64,000 nucleotides of DNA, from NCBI GenBank assembly GCA_045646345.1, contig JAZRKN010000009.1:19599-83598 (forward strand), written 5' to 3'. The stretch is from Candidatus Scatovivens sp. Lineage in GTDB: Bacteria; Bacillota; Clostridia; TANB77; CAG-508. Below are positions 1-9,000 of the stretch, piece by piece (the first letter of the stretch is position 1; each line of letters opens with the position of its first letter). Position numbers and translations under genes: made by a program. Below the pieces are notes generated by a model. That model was not told where the DNA came from, searched no databases, and saw nothing but the letters and a program-made list of their open reading frames with translations.

Positions 1-34
1 TAATAAAATCCTTATACTTATACAACTCTTAAAA

Positions 35-64
35 GAAGCACTTAAGATCTTAAGTGCTTCTTTT
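35..64 (+). terminator. Rho-independent terminator of the upstream (off-window) gene
   Basis: Near-perfect inverted repeat gaagcacttaag / cttaagtgcttc (35-46 / 49-60) followed by TTTT. Confidence 0.6.
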
Positions 65-85
65 AAAATGTATCAAAAACACAAG

Positions 86-113
86 TTGACATAAGCTTTA
101 AGTGTGATATAAT
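86..113 (+). promoter_or_regulatory. sigma-A type promoter for mtaB
   Basis: TTGACA (86-91), 16-nt spacer, extended -10 TGaTATAAT (105-113), about 35 nt upstream of the mtaB RBS. Confidence 0.5.
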
Positions 114-148
114 ATTTACAGTTAATAGATTTTAGAAAGGAAAACTAT

Positions 149-1447
149 ATGGAAAAAAGAAGTGTTGCTTTTTTAACGTTAGGATGTAAAGTAAATCAAT
201 ATGAAACAAATGGAATGATTCAATCGTTTCAAAATTGTGGTTATGAAATTGTTGAATTCGATTCAAAAAAAGCAGATATTTATGTAATAAATACTTGTAC
301 AGTAACGAATATGTCTGATAGGAAATCTAGACAAATGTTAAGACAAGCGAAGAAAAACAATAAAGATGCTATAGTTGTTGCTGTTGGGTGTTATGTTCAA
401 GTGGCAAAAGACGAATTAGAAGCAATCCCAGAAATTGATTTAGTTCTTGGAACTAATGAAAAAATAAATGTAGTAAATTATGTTGAAGAATTTATAAAAC
501 AAAAAGAAAAATTGAATAAAATAGATGATGTTATGCAAAATAAAGAGTATGGTGATTTTGGAAGTGTAACATATACAGAAAAAACTAGAGCAGTAATTAA
601 AGTTCAAGATGGATGTGATAGATTTTGTTCTTATTGCATTATTCCATATGCTAGAGGAAGAGTTAGAAGTAGAAAACCAGAAAGCGTTATAAACGAAGTG
701 ACTGAAATAGCAAAAAATGGAATAAAAGAAGTTGTAATAACAGGAATTCATGTTGCGTCATATGGAAAAGATTTTAAAGAAGAATATAGATTAATTGATT
801 TGTTAGAAGAAATTAATAAGATTGATGGAATTGAAAGAATAAGATTAGGTTCTATAGAACCATTATTAATTACAGAAGAATTCATATCAAGACTTGTGAA
901 ATTAAATAAAATTTGTCATCATTTCCATTTATCATTACAAAGCGGTTGTACAGAAACATTAAAAAGAATGAATAGAAGATATACAATCGAAGAATTTGAA
1001 GAGATTGTTGAAAGATTAAGAAGAAATTATGATGATGTTATTTTAACTACTGATATAATAGTTGGTTTTCCGGATGAAACTGAAAATGAATTTGAAGAAA
1101 CATATAAATTTTTAAAAAAAATAAAGTTTTATAAAATGCATATATTTAAATATTCTCCAAGGAAAGGAACTAAAGCAGAATCATTGAAAAATCAAATACC
1201 TGGTGACATTAAAGAAGAAAGAAGTAAAAAACTTTTAGATTTGTCTGACAAAAATGAAAATGAATATCTAGATACATATATAGGAAAAAATGTTGAAGTT
1301 TTATTTGAAGAAAATGATGGAGAGTTTTATAAAGGACATACTGCAAATTATATTATGGTAAAAATGAAAACACGTGAAAACATGGAAAATCAAATCAAAA
1401 AAGTTGAAGTAATAGGTAAAGAAAATCTAATATTAATAGCTAGATAA
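149..1447 (+). CDS. mtaB: tRNA t6A37 methylthiotransferase MtaB (radical SAM MiaB/RimO family, YqeV-like)
   Basis: N-terminal MTTase domain (VAFLTLGCKVNQYE), radical SAM CSYCIIPYARG cysteine triad and C-terminal TRAM-like region; strong resemblance to B. subtilis YqeV. Confidence 0.85.
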   Translation: MEKRSVAFLTLGCKVNQYETNGMIQSFQNCGYEIVEFDSKKADIYVINTCTVTNMSDRKSRQMLRQAKKNNKDAIVVAVGCYVQVAKDELEAIPEIDLVLGTNEKINVVNYVEEFIKQKEKLNKIDDVMQNKEYGDFGSVTYTEKTRAVIKVQDGCDRFCSYCIIPYARGRVRSRKPESVINEVTEIAKNGIKEVVITGIHVASYGKDFKEEYRLIDLLEEINKIDGIERIRLGSIEPLLITEEFISRLVKLNKICHHFHLSLQSGCTETLKRMNRRYTIEEFEEIVERLRRNYDDVILTTDIIVGFPDETENEFEETYKFLKKIKFYKMHIFKYSPRKGTKAESLKNQIPGDIKEERSKKLLDLSDKNENEYLDTYIGKNVEVLFEENDGEFYKGHTANYIMVKMKTRENMENQIKKVEVIGKENLILIAR

Positions 1448-1578
1448 TTTCCAATTGTTACAAATTAGTAATTAAAAATTAACATAAACTTAACTGAAAT
1501 AATATTGATAAAAGTTTTGTTATATAGTATAAAATATGTAAGTAGAAATACTTTTGTACTAGGGAGGAAATTATAATA

Positions 1579-1830
1579 ATGAAAGAATATAAATTAGTAG
1601 AAACAGAAAATGCTGGAAATTTACCAATGGTTGTTGGAACATGGGGAAAAATGAAAAAATTCTTTAACGAATTAGATTGGAATAAACCAATTGTTTTAGA
1701 ATTAACACCAAAAGAGGAAAAAGTGTTAACAGAGGTTCATGACTTTTTATTCCAAGAAGTTAAATTCCCAGAATTACATGATTTCTTATTCCAAGAAGTT
1801 AACATATTTAATTGGTTTAAAAAGAAATAA
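1579..1830 (+). CDS. Small hypothetical protein with an internal 11-aa tandem duplication (HDFLFQEV)
   Basis: ORF with good RBS (GGGAGGAAA, 7 nt before ATG); a direct repeat of about 33 nt lies at 1738-1803. Confidence 0.35.
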   Translation: MKEYKLVETENAGNLPMVVGTWGKMKKFFNELDWNKPIVLELTPKEEKVLTEVHDFLFQEVKFPELHDFLFQEVNIFNWFKKK

Positions 1831-1856
1831 AAATAAGTAAAAATGTATAAGGATTA

Positions 1857-1892
1857 GTTCGCTCGAATTGTCGTATTTGAGCGAACTTTTTT
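1857..1892 (+). terminator. Rho-independent terminator
   Basis: gttcgctc (1857-1864) / gagcgaac (1879-1886) hairpin followed by TTTTTT. Confidence 0.7.
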
Positions 1893-1979
1893 GTTACAAA
1901 AAAGTAAAAAAGTAACAAAAAAGATATATATCATATTTGTTATAATTATTTACAAAAAAATGGCACTATGATAGCATAA

Positions 1980-2609
1980 TTGGTGAATAGTGCTATAAAA
2001 AGGAGAAAAAAGGTGCAGAAATTTAAAAAGATTTTAAGTATAGTTGTTTTAATCGCGCTATTACCTGTATTAGTAGTTAATTCGGTAATTTTGATTAATT
2101 CAATTAGAAATCCAGAAGAAATACCATCATTTTGTGGATGGAAGCCATTTATTGTATTATCTGGATCAATGGAAACAGAAATATTTCCAGGGGATTTGGT
2201 AATTGTAAAAGAAGTGGATGCAGATACATTAAAAAAAGATGATATTGTTGCATTTCAAGAAGACAATATAGTAATAACTCATAGAATTGTTGATATTGTT
2301 GAAGTTAATGGCGAAAAGAGATACATAACTAAAGGTGATAATAACAACACAAAAGATAATGGTTTTGTAGTAGAAAAACAAATAGAAGGTTTATATCAGT
2401 TTAAAATATCTGGACTTGGAAACTTAGCAGTATTTATACAAACACCAATTGGAATGGTAGTTTCTTTATCGATTCCAATATTATTGCTTATATTAGTTCA
2501 AAGAGCTGAAAATCAAAAAATACAAAAGGAAAAAGACAAAAAAGAACAAAATTTAGAAAAAGAAATTGAAAAACTAAAGAGAGAAAAAGAAGAACTAATG
2601 AAAAAATAA
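1980..2609 (+). CDS. sipW: Signal peptidase I, SipW type (archaeal/ER-type SPase, S26B)
   Basis: N-terminal TM, SGSMETEIFPGDLVIV catalytic-Ser region, ITHRIV His box and KGDNN motif; the real start is probably GTG at 2013 (AGGAG at 2001); lysine-rich C-terminal tail. Confidence 0.8.
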   Translation: MVNSAIKRRKKVQKFKKILSIVVLIALLPVLVVNSVILINSIRNPEEIPSFCGWKPFIVLSGSMETEIFPGDLVIVKEVDADTLKKDDIVAFQEDNIVITHRIVDIVEVNGEKRYITKGDNNNTKDNGFVVEKQIEGLYQFKISGLGNLAVFIQTPIGMVVSLSIPILLLILVQRAENQKIQKEKDKKEQNLEKEIEKLKREKEELMKK

Positions 2610-2680
2610 AGTTAATAATGACTATAATGTCTTTATTATAAATTTACATTAAAAGATAAAAGAAAGGGGGAAATAAACAT

Positions 2681-3283
2681 ATGAAAAACGAAAGCAGAAT
2701 TGTTAAATTTACAGCATTTGTATTATTATTAACAATGATCGTATTATGTTTAGTTTCAGGAACATTTGCAAAATATACTTCTCATTTTGCAGGTACAGAT
2801 ACAGCTATAGTTGCTGTTTGGGATGTTAGTGATGGTGATATCGAAGAAAAATTTGATATTTTTGATCATTCAAAAATCTATGATTTGGAGAATGCAAATT
2901 TTGATGCTCCAGTAGCTGACGCTGATGTATATCAAGATGCTAGTGAAGAAGCAAAAATTGCACCAGGTACATGGGGAAGCTTTACATATGAATTAACAAA
3001 TGGTTCAGATGTTACAACTTTATACAAGATTGCGTATACTGCAGATGAAGCTGGAATTCCATTAGAATGGTCATTAAATGGATCTGATTGGGAAAATGAT
3101 GTTGCAGCATTAGATGTAGATGAAACTGTATTTACAGAATCAGAAGAATTAATTACATTATACTGGAGATGGGTATTTGAAGGTGGAAATCTATCAACAG
3201 ATGAAGCTGATACAGCTTTAGGTAAAGCTGGTGTAGCTGCTCCATCAATTAAAATTGATGTAACATTCACACAAAAAGATTAA
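2681..3283 (+). CDS. TasA/CalY-like secreted protein with SipW-cognate signal peptide
   Basis: Signal peptide ending ...LVSGTFAKYTSHFAGTD resembles the TasA/CalY GGGTFAYFSD cognate motif; immediately downstream of sipW; strong RBS AAAGGGGGAAA. Confidence 0.6.
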   Translation: MKNESRIVKFTAFVLLLTMIVLCLVSGTFAKYTSHFAGTDTAIVAVWDVSDGDIEEKFDIFDHSKIYDLENANFDAPVADADVYQDASEEAKIAPGTWGSFTYELTNGSDVTTLYKIAYTADEAGIPLEWSLNGSDWENDVAALDVDETVFTESEELITLYWRWVFEGGNLSTDEADTALGKAGVAAPSIKIDVTFTQKD

Positions 3284-3300
3284 TAAAAAACAAGATAGAT

Positions 3301-3337
3301 AAAAGCTCTATGACGTAATGAAAATAGGGCTTTTATT
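3301..3337 (+). terminator. Rho-independent terminator after the tasA-like gene
   Basis: aaagctctat / atagggcttt stem (one G-U pair) followed by TTTATTT. Confidence 0.5.
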
Positions 3338-3395
3338 TAAATATATTGACAAAAGGTTTTAACTTTTTGTGAGTATATTTAAGGAAAGAGTAAAT

Positions 3396-4112
3396 ATGGA
3401 AGAAAAAAATAATAAGAAACCAGAGAAAAAAATTAATATTGAAGAATTAGAAAAAGAAGTAGATGTTGATGAAGAGTTAGATGACGATGAAGAATACTAT
3501 GATATTGACGATTATGAAAGAAAAATTAGAAAAGATAGAAGAGATAAAATTGTTTTAATTATAATAATTATAATTTTATTACTTTTACATTTGTTATGTC
3601 ATAAATTAGGAAAAATAGGTTACAAAAAAGAAGTATCAACAAATGCTGGAGATTTAACAGATGTTGTAAGATTTGATGTAATAGAAATTTTAGATGGAGA
3701 TGTAAAAAAGATAAAGGATACGCAATTAAATATATTCAATAATAAAGATTTTAATGGAGAAAAAATAATTGCTCCAAGATCAAGTGGTGAATATAGATTT
3801 TGTGTTGAAAACTTAGTAAAAGGAGATTTGACATATAGTATAGAATTTTTAGATGAAATGACAAATCCTATAAATATGAAATATAGGTTGAAAATTGATA
3901 ATATCTATATAAGAGGAAACCAAAAAGAATATGTAGATATAGAAGAATTAAAAGTAGATGATATAGTTGTTTTGGAAAATTCTAACAATATATATACACT
4001 AGAGTGGAAATGGGAAGATGATGATAAAGCTGATACATTTGTAGGATCACGAAAAGAAACACAATCATATACTTTAAAACTAAAGATAAATGCAGATAAT
4101 TCTCAAAAATAA
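3396..4112 (+). CDS. Hypothetical single-pass membrane protein (acidic cytoplasmic N-terminus, beta-rich extracellular domain)
   Basis: ORF track gives 3369..4112; ATG at 3396 has the better RBS (AAGGAAAG); D/E-rich N-terminus, one TM (IVLIIIIIILLLLHLL), C-terminal domain with W-x-W motif. Confidence 0.45.
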   Translation: MEEKNNKKPEKKINIEELEKEVDVDEELDDDEEYYDIDDYERKIRKDRRDKIVLIIIIIILLLLHLLCHKLGKIGYKKEVSTNAGDLTDVVRFDVIEILDGDVKKIKDTQLNIFNNKDFNGEKIIAPRSSGEYRFCVENLVKGDLTYSIEFLDEMTNPINMKYRLKIDNIYIRGNQKEYVDIEELKVDDIVVLENSNNIYTLEWKWEDDDKADTFVGSRKETQSYTLKLKINADNSQK

Positions 4113-4133
4113 AGTTTATTTGAAAGGGTACAA

Positions 4134-4760
4134 ATGAAATTAACAGAAGCAGCTGTTTGGAATAGGAAAAAGAACTCTAATAAAATAAAAAAAAGACTAA
4201 ATATAATGTTTTACGTTATATTAATTCCTTTGCTTGCTTATAATATGGCTTTGATTGTACAAGCTGTAGTAAGGCCAAATGAAACACCAGCTTTTTTAGG
4301 ATATAAGATGTATGTCATAATATCTGGAAGTATGCAACCAGAATTAGAAGTGGGAGATATTGTTGTTGTAAAGAAAATTAATCCAAATGATTTAAAAAAA
4401 GATGATGTGATTTCTTTTAGAAAAGGTCAAACAATAATAACTCATAGAATTGTAGAAGTAAAAAACGCAGAGGAAAAACTACAGTTTTTAACCAAAGGAG
4501 ACAATAACAACACTAATGATAAAGACTTAGTTTCTGACAAAGAAATCGAAGGAATTGTAGTAAATAAAATACAAAAAATAGGAAAAATTGTATTGAAATT
4601 GAGAGATAAAACATTAATTATTGTGATAATTCTTATATATTATATATTCTTAATGTATGATCAATCAGTTCAAAAAAGAAAGAACTTAAGAAGAATAAAA
4701 AGAGAAGAATACGAAGAGAAAAAGAGAAAGGAAAACTTGGATGAAGGAGCGAAAGATTAA
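4134..4760 (+). CDS. sipW: Signal peptidase I, SipW type (second paralog)
   Basis: ISGSMQPELEVGDIVVV, ITHRIVEV and KGDNNN motifs parallel to the first SipW; C-terminal TM plus K/E-rich tail. Confidence 0.8.
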   Translation: MKLTEAAVWNRKKNSNKIKKRLNIMFYVILIPLLAYNMALIVQAVVRPNETPAFLGYKMYVIISGSMQPELEVGDIVVVKKINPNDLKKDDVISFRKGQTIITHRIVEVKNAEEKLQFLTKGDNNNTNDKDLVSDKEIEGIVVNKIQKIGKIVLKLRDKTLIIVIILIYYIFLMYDQSVQKRKNLRRIKREEYEEKKRKENLDEGAKD

Positions 4761-5256
4761 ATTACATAATTTAATTTTTATATATGTTATAACAACTATA
4801 ATTGTAACAGTATTTTCGTTTTCGAAATATGTTACAACAGTTTCTGCTGAGAATAAAGCTACACTTGCAGCTATGGCAACTAATATGTCTGTAAATATAG
4901 CGTTAACTCAAGAAGCATATCCAGGTTTTTCAATGGTTTTTCCAGTAGAGATATCAAATAAAGAAAACGATAAGATTTGTGAAGTTTCACAAGAATATGT
5001 TTTAAGAATAGATAGAGCTGACATGGAAAACTTGCCACTTGAATTTTCATTATATAATGATGAATTTTGCACAAGTGAAATTGAAGAAATACAAAAAGAT
5101 ACTTTTTTATCTGAAAGTTTTAAATTTACTGCAGGTGTTGAAGATACACAAACATATTATTTAAAAGTTTATTGGCCAGAGAATGAAAAAAATGAATTAT
5201 TAGCATTTGAAATTGGCTATTTTTCAGTAGAAATAATTGCGACACAAGTAGATTAA
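4741..5256 (+). CDS. Small secreted protein with SipW-cognate-like signal peptide
   Basis: MKERKIK...TVFSFSKYVTTVSAEN, i.e. a basic N-region, hydrophobic core and FSKY(V/T) motif; overlaps the sipW2 end by 20 nt (translational coupling). Confidence 0.5.
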   Translation: MKERKIKLHNLIFIYVITTIIVTVFSFSKYVTTVSAENKATLAAMATNMSVNIALTQEAYPGFSMVFPVEISNKENDKICEVSQEYVLRIDRADMENLPLEFSLYNDEFCTSEIEEIQKDTFLSESFKFTAGVEDTQTYYLKVYWPENEKNELLAFEIGYFSVEIIATQVD

Positions 5257-5275
5257 AATTTGGAAAGGACGTAAA

Positions 5276-6043
5276 ATGAAAACTAAAAAAATTAAATCTA
5301 GATTTAATTTTAATAAGTTACTTTTATTAATTATTCCAATTATATTTTTAACAGGTTCTGTTGCTAAATATATTAAAGAAAAAAATGCAGAACTTGTATA
5401 TGAGGCTAAAAGTTTCTATTTTGAAAGTGATTTGCTTTCTAATAATACTAAGGCATTAGCTTATACATATGATGTTGGAAATGATGAAATAACAATTAAT
5501 TTAAATAATAATATTGATGACTTAAGATATTCAGATGTTGATATTAAATATACTGTATCTATAAAAGATGCTCAAGGTAATCAAGTAAAAGATAAAAACG
5601 GAGATATATTAGAAGATATAACAGGTAAATTATCAAATAACAGTATAGATTCAAAAAAAATAACATTTGAAAATTTACCAGCGGGAAAATATATTGTTGT
5701 AGCAAAGGCAACAGAACCGTATGAGAAAACCTTGCAAGCATCATTTGTATTAAAATCAAGAAATGATGCGGTGGAGTACAATGTAAGTGATTCAGCTAAT
5801 AGTCCAGTATTACAACTAACAGTAAAAACGACAGATTATAAAGGTGATGTAAAAATAACATGGCCAGCTAACATTGTGCCAGATAATACAGATTCTAAAT
5901 TTGCAAATGTAAATTCTGGTTATAGTGGTGGAAATATAATAATTCCTTTTGAAGCTAATTCAGAATATACATTTCAATTTTTTAAAAAACAACCTAGTAT
6001 GAGTTATGGTAAAACAAGCTTTGTGGTAGAAAGGAGCGAATAA
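5276..6043 (+). CDS. Secreted protein with SipW-cognate-like signal peptide
   Basis: MKTKKIKSRF...FLTGSVAKYIKEK matches the G(T/S)xAKY pattern also seen in the 2681 gene; its stop abuts the giant gene start. Confidence 0.5.
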   Translation: MKTKKIKSRFNFNKLLLLIIPIIFLTGSVAKYIKEKNAELVYEAKSFYFESDLLSNNTKALAYTYDVGNDEITINLNNNIDDLRYSDVDIKYTVSIKDAQGNQVKDKNGDILEDITGKLSNNSIDSKKITFENLPAGKYIVVAKATEPYEKTLQASFVLKSRNDAVEYNVSDSANSPVLQLTVKTTDYKGDVKITWPANIVPDNTDSKFANVNSGYSGGNIIIPFEANSEYTFQFFKKQPSMSYGKTSFVVERSE

Positions 6044-6045
6044 TA

Positions 6046-9000
6046 ATGAGAAATAATTCAAAAAATAATATAAAATTATTACTTATACTTATTATTGTTT
6101 TAGCTTTCATACCATATAAGCTTATTTTTTCGAAAGCGGAAGAAACTAATAATGAAGTAGAAAAAAATACAATTATTGAATCTAATATAGAAACGACAAA
6201 TTTGAATTTAGGTCAAGAAGAGAATATTGTATCAAATGAAGTACAAATTTCAAATGATAGAGAAACAGAAAATATTGTAAGTGAAAAATCAAATACAGAA
6301 ACAAATACAACTGTAGAAAATGTGGTTACAGAAAAAAACAACGAAAATCAGGTTGTCGAAAATGAAGTAAATGAGAATACTATAAATCAAAATACTATAA
6401 ATCAAAATACAGTAGAGAATATTGTTTCAAAAGATGAATATGAAAATAAAGTTGCAACAAATGAAATATCAAATACAGTTGCTACATCAAATGAGAACGT
6501 TGCTATCGGAAATTTTGTTGTTAGTCAAGAAATGCAAGAATTATTAGGTGCTATGGCAGAACCAGTTGATGAACCGGAAGTACAAGAGATTTCTGAAATT
6601 GGGTTAAAAGCAACTCTTTGGGATTCTGAACAATATAGTGCAGGAACTGGAACAGAATTAACAGAAGTTGGAGCAACAGTTAATAATTGGCAATTTGAAA
6701 CAAATAAATATTTACAAATTGATCCAAAAGTAGTTGCTGATGGTAATACATACATTATAACGGTTGAACTACCACAAGAATTTTATATAATAGGATCAGA
6801 ATTATCTGTACCAACAGGATATCAAAATGTTAACTTTACAAAAAATGCAGAAATTGTGATAAATGATTCCCAAAAGTATGAATTAAAACCATATAGTGGA
6901 ACAGCTGAATATACATTAAATAATATGGTTGAAAGTGGAACTATACAAATTGGTATAGGATATGATGTTGTTTTGTGGGATAAACAAGAAAATTCTTCAT
7001 TAACTCCGGATGGGGTTAATCCAATAACAGTTAAACTTTCAAAAAAAGAATCTGATGGAACACTAACAGAATTAAATAGAGTACTAATTTCAAAAGCTTT
7101 TTCGGGAAGTAAAAATCAAGATGCGGTTAATGTAAATGGAATGTTAGAAGGGGAATCTTCAGGATTATCAACTATTGTTGCAAATAAAGATGATAGAATT
7201 AAATTTGTAAAATCTATTAATAATAATGATGGTATGGTTAGATATAAATATTATAAATCAGCAAAAATTACTGTAAAATTACCAAGCTATACTGATACTA
7301 ATGGAAAAATACATTATTTATCTTTTGATGAATCAACTTTAGATTTATCAAAAGTTGCACATACTTCCAAAAATGTGGATTTATCGCAAGCTGATGCTGG
7401 TATAGTTACAATTGATTTAGTAAATCCTTACTGGAATTCTGGAACGTTAGTTGGATTTGTTGTAGGCCCGCTTCCAGAAGAATTATTAGAACAAAATATA
7501 AATTCTTTTATATTTAAAAATGGAACTATAACAACTGTTGTTAATGGAAAAAATGGAAATAATAATATAACATATCGTACTTGTTCAATTCCATCAGTAG
7601 AATATCAAAAAGAAAGTTTAGAAAATGTAGTAATATCTTCACAAAATAAAGGTGTTACTATAGTTGAAAGACCAAATGACGCAGTGTCAATTTTGGGAGG
7701 AATATATTTAGAAAACAAAGGTACTGGTGTAAGTTGTCCAAAAAATATTGATTTGAAATTCGACATTAATAATACAAATTTAATAAAAGTTACAACAATA
7801 AATATATTTGCTGACACGATACAAGAATATATAGATGTTACATATACATTGGTTGATGAAAATGGAAATAGAGTATTTTTGGATAATAATGGAAATAGAG
7901 TTTCAGAAGGTTCTAATGAGGCGATTGGAGAATGGGTATATTCACTAAAAAATACATATAAAAATTCAACAAAGAAAGAAAATTTAAAAAATACAATAAC
8001 AAGAGGAAAATTACCTGAAGCACATAGACAATATTATTTTAAATCTGTAAATTATAATTTAGAATCAATAAATGAACAAACTAGATTATATGCACCATCT
8101 TCAGTTTTAACTCTTACAGCTGCTGGTAATTTTTTAGGATATGTTGATGATTCAAGTGGAAATAATGAAAAAACAGCAGCTTCAAAAATGGTTGTTACAT
8201 CATTAGATGCAGGTATTACTAATCTAGAAAGAACTGTAACTACAACACTTCAAAATACAAGTACGCCAACATATATAATTGATAATGCAACTATAAATAA
8301 AACAAAAATACAAGCTGGAGAATCATTTAATATTTCTGGAAAAGTAGTTACTCCTTCTTATCCATATGGAAATAGTACATGGTTAAAAAGAATAACTTTA
8401 GCTGTTAAACTTCCAAAAGATATTACAATAAATGAACAAGCAATTGTATTGAAAAATGCGAAAGGACTATTAATAAGTGGTTCTACTGTTACAACTCAAG
8501 ATATAGGTAATGGAAATATTTTATGGAAAATAAAATTACCAGAAGATATATGTATAGGAAGAGCTTCTGAAGATATAGGTACGTTACCTTCTGGAGATAC
8601 AATATCATTTGATTTACAATTAGATACTTCATATACAATGAATGCAGTAACAATATTTGTTAAAGATTTAGTAACTGTAGGTGCTTATAAACAATTGAAT
8701 AATGCAAGCGGATCATATTCGTGGGCTTCTAAAGCGGATATATATGATATAAACGAAAATGGATCTACAACAGATAATATAGGTGGTATAAAATCAAGTA
8801 ACGCTAGTGCATGTCAAATTATTTCTCAAACAGCTACGTTGGAAATTCAAGATTCTATAAGTGTTGAATCAAATGGAATTGTTTCAGAGGAATCAAATGT
8901 CGGTAAGATTTTTTCAGTAGAAGATACTATCAATTATAATTTAGATATAGGATGTTTTAGTGGTGGTAGAGCAGAAGGGTTTGTTTATTACATACCAATT

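Noticed and set aside
440-751. Minus-strand 103-aa ORF inside mtaB. Similar antisense ORFs occur inside other genes (2932-3270, 4880-5074, 5559-5781, 6525-6755, 7605-7817, 18178-18411, 19105-19444, 22115-22300, 25128-25585, 27268-27450, 29374-29709, 34201-34829, 35569-35769, 36204-36386, 38204-38825, 40756-41085, 41727-42052, 42825-43373, 44715-44924, 46325-46507, 48157-48465, 49376-49708, 50344-50571, 53946-54149, 57349-57540, 59829-60119, 63388-63612).
   Set aside because: All lie antisense or out of frame within well-supported genes. They have low-complexity, F/L/I/Y-rich translations typical of AT-rich antisense frames, and none has a convincing RBS.
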